In this document: piece after piece, positions 35,011-44,917 of the stretch | How positions within the stretch are numbered: the first letter of the stretch is position 1 | How the letters are laid out: each line of letters opens with the position of its first letter | IMG/VR virus record: IMGVR_UViG_3300048582_000146 | Location: 1 to 53,262 of that record | Reading direction: 5' to 3' (one strand) | Length of the DNA: 53,262 nucleotides | DNA from: a virus | Lineage: Duplodnaviria; Caudoviricetes | The notes under the pieces: generated by a model | The model's input: the letters and a program-made list of their open reading frames with translations, nothing else | Database searches by the model: none | Told to the model about the DNA's origin: nothing | Position numbers and translations under genes: made by a program

Positions 35011-35682
35011 ATGGCAGTTAAACCAGAAATTATTAAGGCTAGACTTAAGGCTTTGTTTCCTAAGGCTAACTTATCACAAAAAAGGTTAGACGCTTTAGCG
35101 GCTAAACTTGCTCCAATGCCGGCAGACAATGCAGATGATGCTGCGGTTGATGCTGTGTTGAACCAAGCGAATGACTTTATGTCTTTTGAAGAAATTGCAA
35201 AAGAAGATGATCGAGTAAGAACATTAGAGGCAAAAGCTAATCCAACACCCGCTCCTGCACCAGCACCTGAACCAACGCCTGCTCCAACTCCGGCACCTGC
35301 TCCTGCAAATCCGAATGATGATACACCGGCATGGGCAAAATCGCTGATTGAATCTAATCAGAAATTAACCGCTGATTTAGAGGCCATCAAAACCGGAAAG
35401 ATAACAGAAATAAAAAAGCAGACTGCACAGACTGTTTTTGAAGCTTCCGAAATTTTAAAGGGATTGAAGCCTGAAATCAAAACAAGCTGGCTTAACAGAA
35501 TTGACGTTAATGCTGAAACTCCTATTGAGGATCAGGTGAAAAGTCTTGAAACAGAATTTACAGAAATTCGGCAGGAAATTGCTAGTTCAACTAGATATGC
35601 CGGTGCTCCACCTTCTTTTTCAGATAACAATAACGCTCCTTCTGCCGATGATGTAAAAGCTGTTGTTGACGCTTTAATCTAG
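35011..35682 (+). CDS. Capsid scaffolding protein
   Basis: Helical, Pro-Ala linker, DDTPAWAK motif; upstream of the capsid genes. Confidence 0.75.
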   Translation: MAVKPEIIKARLKALFPKANLSQKRLDALAAKLAPMPADNADDAAVDAVLNQANDFMSFEEIAKEDDRVRTLEAKANPTPAPAPAPEPTPAPTPAPAPANPNDDTPAWAKSLIESNQKLTADLEAIKTGKITEIKKQTAQTVFEASEILKGLKPEIKTSWLNRIDVNAETPIEDQVKSLETEFTEIRQEIASSTRYAGAPPSFSDNNNAPSADDVKAVVDALI

Positions 35683-35706
35683 TAATTAACCCAAAAAAAA
35701 TAAATT

Positions 35707-36105
35707 ATGTCAGGTACAACTGCAAATTTACAAGACACACCCCAAAGTGTAGATACCAGCAACGACGGAATCGTTATTGTTGCGAATCTTGAAACTATTC
35801 CGGGTGGAAAGACATTAGATGTTACAGGTTTCGCTCCTGCCGTTATTCCGGCTGGTCACCTTGTAATTGAAGAAACTTCTACAGGAGTTTTAAAACCAAT
35901 GCCTGTTTCAGGAGCTGCTTACGGCTCTTTACCAGGCAGTCACACCTATAAAGGTGTTGTTGTTGCGAGCATTTTAACTGCAAAACCTTTTGCATCAGTA
36001 TTGGTGCGTGGTTCTGTAAACGGAAATGCCTCTACGTATGCTATCGCATCAGTTCTAACGGCTGTTAAAGCAGCTTTACCATTAATCAGATTTACAAAAG
36101 ACTAA
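35707..36105 (+). CDS. Head decoration protein
   Basis: Size and position between scaffold and capsid; IPGGKTLD...IPAG. Confidence 0.7.
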   Translation: MSGTTANLQDTPQSVDTSNDGIVIVANLETIPGGKTLDVTGFAPAVIPAGHLVIEETSTGVLKPMPVSGAAYGSLPGSHTYKGVVVASILTAKPFASVLVRGSVNGNASTYAIASVLTAVKAALPLIRFTKD

Positions 36106-36111
36106 TAGAAC

Positions 36112-37377
36112 ATGGAAAAATCATTATTTGTACAGTTTGCAGCTTTCTTTAAAGCAATTGCAAAAGACATTGTAGAGCGAGTTAATGGTAAAAAAACACC
36201 TTTAACCTATCTTCACAAGGAAATGTTGACTAAAGAATTGTCAACAGATTTGAAATGGCAAACCTTAAACGTTGACGGATCAGTAGTTTCTGCTGATGTT
36301 GTATCAATGGATTCAGCTTTACCATTGAAAAAGAGAGACTCATTCGGAACTGCTTCAGGAGACATTCCTAAGCTAGGGATGAAATTTGCTTTGAACGAGA
36401 AAACAATGTCAGAAATTGACGTTCTACAAGCTAGAAATGTGGAAAGCAAAGTATTAGTAGGTAAAATTTTTGCAGACACTTCCAAAGCTATGTTTGGTAT
36501 CTATGAGAAATTAGAATTCATGTTCTTACAAGCATTGTCAACAGGTGTAACCTTAGTTGATGATGATACAAATGTTGGAACTGGTATTCGTGTGGATTTT
36601 GGATATAAAAACGCTAATAAGTTTGGAGCAGTTTTACCGTGGTCAGACACTAATGCAAAACCAATCGATGATATTAAAAGAGTTGTAAGAGAGGCTAAAG
36701 CCAAAGGAAACACTCCAACAATATTGATGATGGATGAATCCACTTTTGATTCGTTAGCTGCTAATCAACAAACACGTGAGCAATATGCATTCAGCCAAAA
36801 CTTTGTTGGGTCACAAATTCCAGTGCCTGATTTAGAGCAAGTGAACGCGATGTTGCAAAAACGTTACAAGCTAACAATTATAGTAGTTGATAGAAGTGTT
36901 GTAACAGAGCGTGACGGTGTAAGAACAGTTCAAACTCCATGGGCTGCTAACAAAATTGTTTTCTTAGAAAGCACTAAAGTTGGTAAATTGGTTTATGGTA
37001 TTTTGGCTGAGGAAACACGTCAAAACAAAGCGGTCATGTATGAGAAAGCAGATGACTTTATTTTGCTTAAAAAATGGCATTCTCCGGAACCATTTGCAGA
37101 ATACACTTCTTCTCAGGCTTTAGTATTACCGGTAATCAACAATGTAGACAGCATCTATATCTTAGATGTTCAAGAAGCTACTTTAGACGTACAAACTGAG
37201 GGAGACGCTAACTTCCTATACAAAACAGTAAGTAAAACTAAAGTTGCGGTAATAGCTGCCTTGAAATTGGCTGAGCCTAAAACCAAGCTTACAGTTGCTT
37301 CAACAGATGCTGCAATCTTAAATGCTATCAACGCATTATCAGATGAGCAAGTATTGATTTTTGAAGCTAATATTTAA
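36112..37377 (+). CDS. Major capsid protein (lambda gpE-like)
   Basis: ADVVSMDS.LPLK.R, G.IPK, QALSTG, RVDFG, W....AKPIDDI. Confidence 0.9.
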   Translation: MEKSLFVQFAAFFKAIAKDIVERVNGKKTPLTYLHKEMLTKELSTDLKWQTLNVDGSVVSADVVSMDSALPLKKRDSFGTASGDIPKLGMKFALNEKTMSEIDVLQARNVESKVLVGKIFADTSKAMFGIYEKLEFMFLQALSTGVTLVDDDTNVGTGIRVDFGYKNANKFGAVLPWSDTNAKPIDDIKRVVREAKAKGNTPTILMMDESTFDSLAANQQTREQYAFSQNFVGSQIPVPDLEQVNAMLQKRYKLTIIVVDRSVVTERDGVRTVQTPWAANKIVFLESTKVGKLVYGILAEETRQNKAVMYEKADDFILLKKWHSPEPFAEYTSSQALVLPVINNVDSIYILDVQEATLDVQTEGDANFLYKTVSKTKVAVIAALKLAEPKTKLTVASTDAAILNAINALSDEQVLIFEANI

Positions 37378-37383
37378 TCATAA

Positions 37384-37420
37384 TAACTAGCATATTCTGA
37401 GAAATCGAATATGCTAGTTA
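37384..37420. terminator. 14-bp perfect hairpin after the capsid gene
   Basis: TAACTAGCATATTC-N9-GAATATGCTAGTTA; no U-tract. Confidence 0.55.
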
Positions 37421-37432
37421 AATTTAAAGCTT

Positions 37433-38014
37433 ATGTATAGCCAAGAAAGCACAACAGTATTGATCAACAGGATAGGTTGGGGTTTGCCACAAGAAGCATC
37501 CTTTGTACTTGCGTTGACTGACGCAAACAAAATAGGAACTTCAGGAAGAAACTTCAATGCATTCCACCAACTTGTTACTGTTGAGAATGTTTTGGCTTCT
37601 ATCGAGGATTCAAGTGCAAATGCACAAGAGTTCAATGCGATTCTTTCAGAAATCAGAAAACAGGCCGTTCTTTCAGTAGTTCCAATGATACTTGACAAAC
37701 ACAAAGACTATGATCCTGCAGTTGATTATTCAAGCATCATAACAGATCAAGCAGTATTGTTTGATGATGCCATTGGATATAAAGTTGCTATTTCGGTCCT
37801 TGAATCATTTATGACTACCAAAAGAAGAAACCTTGCTGAAATTAATGCAAAGCTCGCAATTGCCAACTTAAAGTTGGAGGTAGAAGGTTACAGAAACGAA
37901 ACAGGTGCAATGGTTGCAAAGGGATTGGTTCAAAAGCTTGATTATGCGATATACAAAGCTTCAAAAAAGATTTTCCCGTTCAAGGTATTAATCGATGGAA
38001 CAAACGTTTGGTAA
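37433..38014 (+). CDS. Putative head-tail adaptor
   Basis: Position after the capsid gene. Confidence 0.55.
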   Translation: MYSQESTTVLINRIGWGLPQEASFVLALTDANKIGTSGRNFNAFHQLVTVENVLASIEDSSANAQEFNAILSEIRKQAVLSVVPMILDKHKDYDPAVDYSSIITDQAVLFDDAIGYKVAISVLESFMTTKRRNLAEINAKLAIANLKLEVEGYRNETGAMVAKGLVQKLDYAIYKASKKIFPFKVLIDGTNVW

Positions 38015-38541
38015 TGAATTACAATAACTACAAAGCCGTTGGAATAGACAAAAAGATTCTTCTTATTCAAAATGTTTTGAATGAGAAACTTGGATTTTCA
38101 AATGTTGACTTCTATGGCCGTGTACAACGTACATTACAGAAAGACGGTAAAACATTCATTCCGGAGGTGCATATATCAAACACTGAAAGAAAATGTGTTT
38201 ATTACAATGATCAGGTTGCATTGGGTGGTAATGTATTTTTCATTGATGATACATTACACAGAGCCTTAACAGGTAATCAATTTGAGGTGAAAGTGAAAGT
38301 TGTTTTCATGCTAAATCTAAACAACCTTATTTCTGGCACCAATTACAGACAAGATGCTGAGATTCAAGAAACTTGTTTAAAGTTCATCAAAAGCCTTCGC
38401 ATTATGGAAGTTACGGAGCTTGAAAAAGGTCTTTCTAATGTATTGAAAGGATTTAGTTTAGAGCCTATCAAAACAAACGACATTCAGCCTTATCACTGCT
38501 TTTCAATCAATGGCATAATCAAATATAATTTTAATTGTTAA
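38014..38541 (+). CDS. Putative neck/tail terminator protein
   Basis: Position before the major tail protein. Confidence 0.5.
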   Translation: MNYNNYKAVGIDKKILLIQNVLNEKLGFSNVDFYGRVQRTLQKDGKTFIPEVHISNTERKCVYYNDQVALGGNVFFIDDTLHRALTGNQFEVKVKVVFMLNLNNLISGTNYRQDAEIQETCLKFIKSLRIMEVTELEKGLSNVLKGFSLEPIKTNDIQPYHCFSINGIIKYNFNC

Positions 38542-38561
38542 CCTTATAAATAACATACACT

Positions 38562-39437
38562 ATGAGTTTAATCGTAGAATGCTCAAAAGCTGAGCAAAGT
38601 CAAAAAAATACCGGTGCCAAAGAGCAATGCTTGGAAGGTGTTGTTATCCGTCACGCACTTGCTCCAGACACGCAAGAGTTTGCAACGGTAACAGAAGCCA
38701 AAACATTGGCCACTTGGAAAACGCAAGTTGCAGCAAAACAAATCATTCCTCTTTATGAGATTGAAGAGTTGGCTGTTGCTGATACAGAAGATACTTTCTT
38801 CGAAGGTCGTGAGAAACGTTACAGAACAGCGACTGGTAAAAAAATCAGAACGTTCAACTGTTTCTTAGGTTTGTGCTCTCATAACGCTCTTAAATCTTAC
38901 AACGGTAAGAAAATGAGAATTTATGAGTTTACAGATGCTCAGGAAATCAAAGGAACTACTCCTGATGGAACAAAAGTTCGTGGCCAATTAGTAACAATTG
39001 AAGTTGGAAAACGCATTGATGCAATGCCGGACAAACCAGCTTACACTCCTGTTACTTTAACCTATGCTGATTTCAACGAGTTTGAAGATAGCGGTGTAAT
39101 CTTAAAACCAACTTGGTCACAAATCGAAGTACAAGGTATTTACGATGTTGAACTTACTTTGGTTTCTGCTTCTGCTACATCTTTGAAATTTACAGTTTCT
39201 GCAGGTTGTTCAGGTGATGATAAAATAGCATCTTTCGATACTGCTGATATCACATTGAAAACCGCTGCTGGAGTTGCTGTAACGCACACATTTGTTGCTG
39301 CAGATGGAAATGGAGTGTATGAACTTACAGGAACAGGTTTTGTAAATACACTTGTTATTGACTTAAACGGAATTGTTACACAAACTGAAGCTATTTACGA
39401 AAGTACTGGCGGATTGTCTGTGACCGGAATATCTTAA
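38562..39437 (+). CDS. Putative major tail tube protein
   Basis: Size and synteny; C-terminal Ig-like extension. Confidence 0.65.
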   Translation: MSLIVECSKAEQSQKNTGAKEQCLEGVVIRHALAPDTQEFATVTEAKTLATWKTQVAAKQIIPLYEIEELAVADTEDTFFEGREKRYRTATGKKIRTFNCFLGLCSHNALKSYNGKKMRIYEFTDAQEIKGTTPDGTKVRGQLVTIEVGKRIDAMPDKPAYTPVTLTYADFNEFEDSGVILKPTWSQIEVQGIYDVELTLVSASATSLKFTVSAGCSGDDKIASFDTADITLKTAAGVAVTHTFVAADGNGVYELTGTGFVNTLVIDLNGIVTQTEAIYESTGGLSVTGIS

Positions 39438-39449
39438 TAGATTTTCCAA

Positions 39450-39632
39450 ATGGCAAGGCACAAGTATAAAGGTATCACTTTTGCCGAAGGTTGGAGTGGT
39501 ACATTTGAACAGTTTAAGTCAGAGTTTGAGAATACTCATGTGTTTAAAAACTTAGAACCAAAGCAAAGATTGGCGGAAATGAAAAAGGTTTTCAATACGA
39601 TTACCAAAACAGATCCACCAAAGGAAAAGTAA
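39450..39632 (+). CDS. Small hypothetical protein
   Basis: ORF followed by a terminator. Confidence 0.6.
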   Translation: MARHKYKGITFAEGWSGTFEQFKSEFENTHVFKNLEPKQRLAEMKKVFNTITKTDPPKEK

Positions 39633-39653
39633 AAGTTTTATTTACTGTATAAG

Positions 39654-39695
39654 AGGCCGTATAAGATGATTATTCATTTTATATCGGCCTTTTTT
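39654..39695 (+). terminator. Long-stem terminator
   Basis: AGGCCG.TATAAGATGA/TCATTTTATA.CGGCCT plus T-run. Confidence 0.75.
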
Positions 39696-39708
39696 ATAAA
39701 AAACAATC

Positions 39709-40158
39709 ATGGCCACATTTCAAGACCAACTGATAAAAGCAAATAAAATCGATTCTAATATAGTATCGAAGGAGTTGTTTGATTTTATCCGGGCCATATC
39801 TAAAGAACTCGTTGAACTCAATAAGAAACAAATTAACGAAGATTCTCAGGACATCTACGGCAAAGCAATTGGTTTCTATTCCAGAGCTACCGAGTTCCTA
39901 ACATTGGGAGTAAAGAAAGCGGGTGAACCATTTACCGGAGAAGATACCGGCTCATGGCTTTCAAGGTTTTATGTTACCGTTTTGGATAATACTTTTTTCT
40001 TTGGAAGTACCGACCCTAAAACCGATGACATTTTAGATTCTCCTTATTGGCTTTCATCCGATTTATTCGGACTTACAGATGAAAATCTGCAAATGGTTAT
40101 CGATACAAAGTTCCTGCCTTTCATTAAAGAATATTATAGAAAATCACTCGATTTATGA
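39709..40158 (+). CDS. Putative tail completion/morphogenesis protein
   Basis: DTGSW...LFGLT motif; synteny. Confidence 0.55.
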   Translation: MATFQDQLIKANKIDSNIVSKELFDFIRAISKELVELNKKQINEDSQDIYGKAIGFYSRATEFLTLGVKKAGEPFTGEDTGSWLSRFYVTVLDNTFFFGSTDPKTDDILDSPYWLSSDLFGLTDENLQMVIDTKFLPFIKEYYRKSLDL

Positions 40159-40754
40159 TTTATACCTCACTTAGAATATTGCCAATGATTTTGTTTGATG
40201 AGATTCTTTCATCAGGAAATTATGCATTGCTTTCCACTGAACCAAACTTAACAGAAGAAGATCTTCTTTCGTTAAAAATTCTTTGGGAGGAATTACATGA
40301 ACAGTACCAGGAGAAGTATAACAAAACAGGAAAAAACAAATACTTCAATGTTGATCGTGAGGTTTCCTATCAGGCGAATAGGTTTACATTAATCAATTCT
40401 GCATGTGATTCATTGTTGTTTGATAAGAATGATTTATTGATAAACTTTTTAATTGAAGAAGGATATTCAATAAAAAACTCAACCTACTTAGTAGATATTG
40501 AGCGAGTAAAAAAGCAATCACAAGGCATCCTAATAAAAATCAACACTTTGGTTGATACACTTCCAAAACCAAAGCCCGGACAATCGAAAGAGGCTGAGTA
40601 TTCTATTGTAGATATTATGGCCGGCTATGTTTCTGTATTGGGTTTTGACTTTGATTTCTACACTATATCCGTTGAAAAATTTAAGTCCATTGAAAAAACG
40701 GTACATAATAAAATGAAGGCGATGGAGAATAACAAACCCACCAAAAAGAAATAA
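40155..40754 (+). CDS. Putative tail assembly chaperone
   Basis: Directly upstream of the tape measure gene. Confidence 0.5.
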   Translation: MIYTSLRILPMILFDEILSSGNYALLSTEPNLTEEDLLSLKILWEELHEQYQEKYNKTGKNKYFNVDREVSYQANRFTLINSACDSLLFDKNDLLINFLIEEGYSIKNSTYLVDIERVKKQSQGILIKINTLVDTLPKPKPGQSKEAEYSIVDIMAGYVSVLGFDFDFYTISVEKFKSIEKTVHNKMKAMENNKPTKKK

Positions 40755-40756
40755 CT

Positions 40757-43700
40757 ATGTCAACAGGTCAAATTACACGCAAAGAAATAATTGAAGATGA
40801 AGCTTTACGATGGGGCGAAGATTACGCAAAGCTCATGGAAAAAGCGATCGGAAAAAATAAAGAATTTGTTGAATCTATTTTGGCATTGAACGAGGCAAAC
40901 AAACAATTGAGAGCTTCCGGTAACCAAAAGGAATTGGCAGAAAATCAACGATTGGCAAATGTGCAAGGAGAAAAGGCTTTAGGTATTTGGAAGGAGCAGA
41001 ACCAATTAGAATTGGCTTTAATTTCTACCAAAAGAAAGAATCTTTTAGCAACGGAATCAACAAATAGAGCACTTGTAAAAGAACGCACTGCACTTGCTGA
41101 AACCAATAAGGAAATCAAAGCACAAGCACGTGAGCAACTTGGCTTGATTGGTTCTTATGAAAAGCTAAATAAGTCGCGTAACGATGCTCAAAAGCGTTTG
41201 GGTGATTTGCTTTCTGCTGAAAAGAAATCAACTGCAGAAGTAATCAAGGCTCAATTGGAATTTAATAAGCTTGATGCTCGAGTAAAGGCCGTTGATGCAT
41301 CGCTGAAAAACTATTCTAAGAACATTGGTAATTATCAAAGTGCCTTTCAAGGCTTGGGAGGAACACTACGGGATTTAACCTCTGCTTTTGGTATAGTTAC
41401 CGGTATTGCTTTGTTTGGCCAGATCGTTGGCGATATCACTTCAACCATCAGAGAATTTGACCGTCAATTAATTGCTGTTGGAAAAACAACTAACATTTCC
41501 GGTAAAGAATTGGAGCAATTTGGACGTGAAGTAGTTCAATTGGGTAGTGATTTAGATGGTGTTTCCGTTCAAGGATTATTGTCTTCTGCGGAGGTTGCCG
41601 GGCAGTTAGGAGTAAAAGGAACAGAAAACATTTTGAAGTTTTCAACAGCTATTGAGAAACTTAAATTAACTTCGGATATTATCACAGAAGAGCAAGTACA
41701 ATCATTTGCTCAATTCATCGAGGTATCTGCTGATAGCTTTGAGAATGCTGATAAATTGGCATCTGTAATCACTCAGTTAGGCAACAACTTTGCCACTACT
41801 GAAGCTCAAATTCTTTCCAATGCAACAGAGATTCAAAAAGGTATTGCGGTTTACGCAACCAGTGCTGAGGGTGTTTTAGGTCTTGGAGCTGCCACTGCAT
41901 CGTTGGGATCAGAAGCGGAAAGCTCACGAAGTGCGATTCAATCCACTTTTGCAGTAATAAATAATGCTATTGCCACCGGTAAAAATCTTCAAAACGTTTT
42001 AAAATTAACCGGGTTAACGCAAGCAGAACTATCCAAACAATTCAACAAAGATGCAACGGGTGTATTTGTGAAGTTTGTGGGTGGACTTGCCAAAGCCAAA
42101 GAAGAAGGGCAAAATCTTACTTTAGTTTTGAATGATTTAGACATCACCGAAAAAAGAGCTTTCACGGTTGTAGGTTCTTTGGCTGCTAATTATGATGTGC
42201 TTGCAAATTCTGTAGCAACGGCCACAGAAGAATACAAAGTAAATGAAGCATTAAATAGAGAAGTTGTAGCTGCTTCCGAATCAATCAATTCTATATTAAG
42301 CGACATAAACGACCAATGGGAGGCCTTTGTTTTATCAACCAATGATGCTAATGATGGTACCAAAATAATCACTAATTCTTTAAAGTTCCTTCGCGACAAT
42401 TTGCAAACCATTATTGCTAATTTCCTGAAATACGGAGCTGTTGTTTTGACTTTTGTTGGAGTAATGCGAATTGTAAATTTTACAATGGGAGCATGGACAG
42501 CATTACAAGGAGCTGCAACTGCTGCACAAATAAACTTTGCATTAGCTACCGGAATTGGAACTAAATCAATCCTTGCACAAGCTGCAGCAGTTCGAGCAGC
42601 TACAACTGCTCAAACAGGTTTAAATGTAGCAATGACCGCAACGCCTTGGGGAATTGTTTTAGCAGCTCTTGCGGCTGCCGTTATCGCTTACAAGGTTTTC
42701 AATGATGAGTTAAACGAAACGGAAATCAGAACCAATGCCATCAAGAAAGCAGTTGAAACATTAGGAGAAACAGAAGCGTATTATGCCGAACAAAGAACCA
42801 AAGGCCGTGACAATAATTTCAAGCAAATTGAAGATGAGATTGCACTTAGAAAAGCTCAAGGCGAAAACTCGGATAAGTTAGACAAAGAAGAAATTGCTAG
42901 AAAAAAAGCAGTTACAGAAGCTCAATTAAAAGTGTTTTTAGATTTAAAAGCTGTTGAAATCGAGCGGACCAAAACACAAATTGAGGAATCTAACAAACGT
43001 GTTGCTGTTGCTCAAAATGAAGTAAATTCAATTAATAAGTTTGCTTTATCAAATCCTTTTGGAGAATCAAATAAAGAGAAGGAACAGCGATTAATTCAAT
43101 TAAAAGCAGAGAATGATGCACGTCGTGCCACTTTGCAAGAACTCAATAAATTAACTGTAGAAGAATCTAAAAAATTAAACAAGGTTCTTGAGGATTTAGA
43201 CAAACAAAAGGCTTTGAAAGATGCTGAGACAGTATCAGAAACCAACGAAAAATTAAAACGTGAAGCGGAAAAAAGAAGAAAAGAATACCTTCAAAACCTT
43301 CAAGAACAGGACAACGCTGAATTTAAATTACGTGAGTTCCGTTTAAAGAATTTAGCTGAAATTGATCGCCAATATGCCGATAGTGATTTAAATCCATTCG
43401 ACCAACGCCTTGACGCCTTGCTTGAAGCAAATCAATTGGAATTATCAATTTCAAGAGAAACAGCCGAACAAAAATTAAAAGACATTTCCCGTTACACAGA
43501 TTCAGTTCGTGATTTGAGTAATGAGGAAATACGGATTTTATTGGAAGGCGGTACCATTAAAAAAGAATTGAACAACCAGGAGAAATTAGTTTTAGAACAA
43601 TTTGAAGCCGATAAAACTAAGATTGTTGTTAAAGGAAATGAAGACCGTGAAAAGTTGGTGGATAATCAGGTGAAGCTTCTTCAGAAAGGAATTACCAGCA

Positions 43701-44914
43701 ACTTGCTTACTGATGAAACAGAGCTAAACAAACAATTGACCGCTCAAAATAAACTTTACAAAGCCAATTTGCAAATCATTAAAGATTTCTATGCACAAAA
43801 AGAGGCGTTGGATGGGTTTAATCTTGCTGACTATGATGCGATGCAAAAAGAAATGCAGGACCTGACAACGGCCAACGAGCAGGAAATGTTTGAGATTAAG
43901 AAGGAATTCGCTTTGAAAGGCTTAAAGATGCAGATTTCTGCAATTGAAGCATTATTAAAGGCACAGGATGCTTTACCTGAAAATGAGCGTATCTCAGCGG
44001 AGAAAAGAGCCGAAATCGAAAATCAACTTTCTAAGGCAAAGCTTGCAATGTCAGAGGAAGAATTGAAGAAGTATGAAGAAAATGCAGATGACCGGGTTAA
44101 TATTGAAGAAGAAACTACTGCATTAATCAAGCAACTTTCACAAGATTTATACAATGCTTTAGGAAATTTTGTCAATGCAATATTTGAGGCTAAAATAGCC
44201 AACATTGATAATGAAATCGCTGCAAATGATGAGTATTATGCCAAACAAATTGAGCTGGCCGGAAATGATCAACGTCAAAAGGATTTATTGACACAAGAAT
44301 CAGAAAAGAAACGTAAAAAACTAGAAGAAGAAAAACGAAAAGAGCAACGCAAGCAAGCCATTTTTAATAAAGCCACTGCAATTGCAGAAATAGGAATCAA
44401 TACTGCTGCCGGTATCATGGCTACAATCAAAAATTTAGGATTGCCTTTTGCAACACCTTTTGTTATTGCAACGGGTTTACTCGGAGCTCTTCAAGTAGCT
44501 ACCGTTTTGGCCACTCCAATTCCTAAGTATGAAAAAGGAACTAAGAACCACAAAGGAGGTTTTGCAGAAGTAGGAGAGGTACGTCCGGAGGTAATTATCG
44601 AGCCCGGTAAAAAACCTTATGTTGTCGATAAGCCAAGTATTTTGAATCTGAAAAGAGGAACTGAAGTTGTTCCATCGATTCCGGAGTATGAGGCAATGAT
44701 GCGAGCTTCTTATATGGCATCATTAGATATGCAAGGCCAAAAATTAAGCTCGGCCACAAGTGAAATGATTTTTGATAGCAGATTCAATCAAGAAATTTTG
44801 GAAGAATTAAAGTTAAACAGAAAAGCTACTGAGCGTCAAAGAACTTCTTTTAACTTAAAAAATGAGGTTAATTTAGGTTACGAGATTTGGAGATTAAAAA
44901 ACATAAATTGGTAA
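40757..44914 (+). CDS. Tail tape measure protein
   Basis: 1385 aa; RNIGNY-like motif, FD..L..V.KT TP901-type core, coiled coils, PIPKYEKGT C-terminus. Confidence 0.93.
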   Translation: MSTGQITRKEIIEDEALRWGEDYAKLMEKAIGKNKEFVESILALNEANKQLRASGNQKELAENQRLANVQGEKALGIWKEQNQLELALISTKRKNLLATESTNRALVKERTALAETNKEIKAQAREQLGLIGSYEKLNKSRNDAQKRLGDLLSAEKKSTAEVIKAQLEFNKLDARVKAVDASLKNYSKNIGNYQSAFQGLGGTLRDLTSAFGIVTGIALFGQIVGDITSTIREFDRQLIAVGKTTNISGKELEQFGREVVQLGSDLDGVSVQGLLSSAEVAGQLGVKGTENILKFSTAIEKLKLTSDIITEEQVQSFAQFIEVSADSFENADKLASVITQLGNNFATTEAQILSNATEIQKGIAVYATSAEGVLGLGAATASLGSEAESSRSAIQSTFAVINNAIATGKNLQNVLKLTGLTQAELSKQFNKDATGVFVKFVGGLAKAKEEGQNLTLVLNDLDITEKRAFTVVGSLAANYDVLANSVATATEEYKVNEALNREVVAASESINSILSDINDQWEAFVLSTNDANDGTKIITNSLKFLRDNLQTIIANFLKYGAVVLTFVGVMRIVNFTMGAWTALQGAATAAQINFALATGIGTKSILAQAAAVRAATTAQTGLNVAMTATPWGIVLAALAAAVIAYKVFNDELNETEIRTNAIKKAVETLGETEAYYAEQRTKGRDNNFKQIEDEIALRKAQGENSDKLDKEEIARKKAVTEAQLKVFLDLKAVEIERTKTQIEESNKRVAVAQNEVNSINKFALSNPFGESNKEKEQRLIQLKAENDARRATLQELNKLTVEESKKLNKVLEDLDKQKALKDAETVSETNEKLKREAEKRRKEYLQNLQEQDNAEFKLREFRLKNLAEIDRQYADSDLNPFDQRLDALLEANQLELSISRETAEQKLKDISRYTDSVRDLSNEEIRILLEGGTIKKELNNQEKLVLEQFEADKTKIVVKGNEDREKLVDNQVKLLQKGITSNLLTDETELNKQLTAQNKLYKANLQIIKDFYAQKEALDGFNLADYDAMQKEMQDLTTANEQEMFEIKKEFALKGLKMQISAIEALLKAQDALPENERISAEKRAEIENQLSKAKLAMSEEELKKYEENADDRVNIEEETTALIKQLSQDLYNALGNFVNAIFEAKIANIDNEIAANDEYYAKQIELAGNDQRQKDLLTQESEKKRKKLEEEKRKEQRKQAIFNKATAIAEIGINTAAGIMATIKNLGLPFATPFVIATGLLGALQVATVLATPIPKYEKGTKNHKGGFAEVGEVRPEVIIEPGKKPYVVDKPSILNLKRGTEVVPSIPEYEAMMRASYMASLDMQGQKLSSATSEMIFDSRFNQEILEELKLNRKATERQRTSFNLKNEVNLGYEIWRLKNINW

Positions 44915-44917
44915 TCT

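Noticed and set aside
35241-35310. Short tandem repeats in the scaffold gene
   Set aside because: They encode a Pro-Ala-Thr linker with varied codons, which is protein-level low complexity
39450-40757. Programmed -1 frameshift in tail assembly chaperones
   Set aside because: No convincing slippery heptamer joining overlapping frames; the ORFs have their own starts and a terminator intervenes
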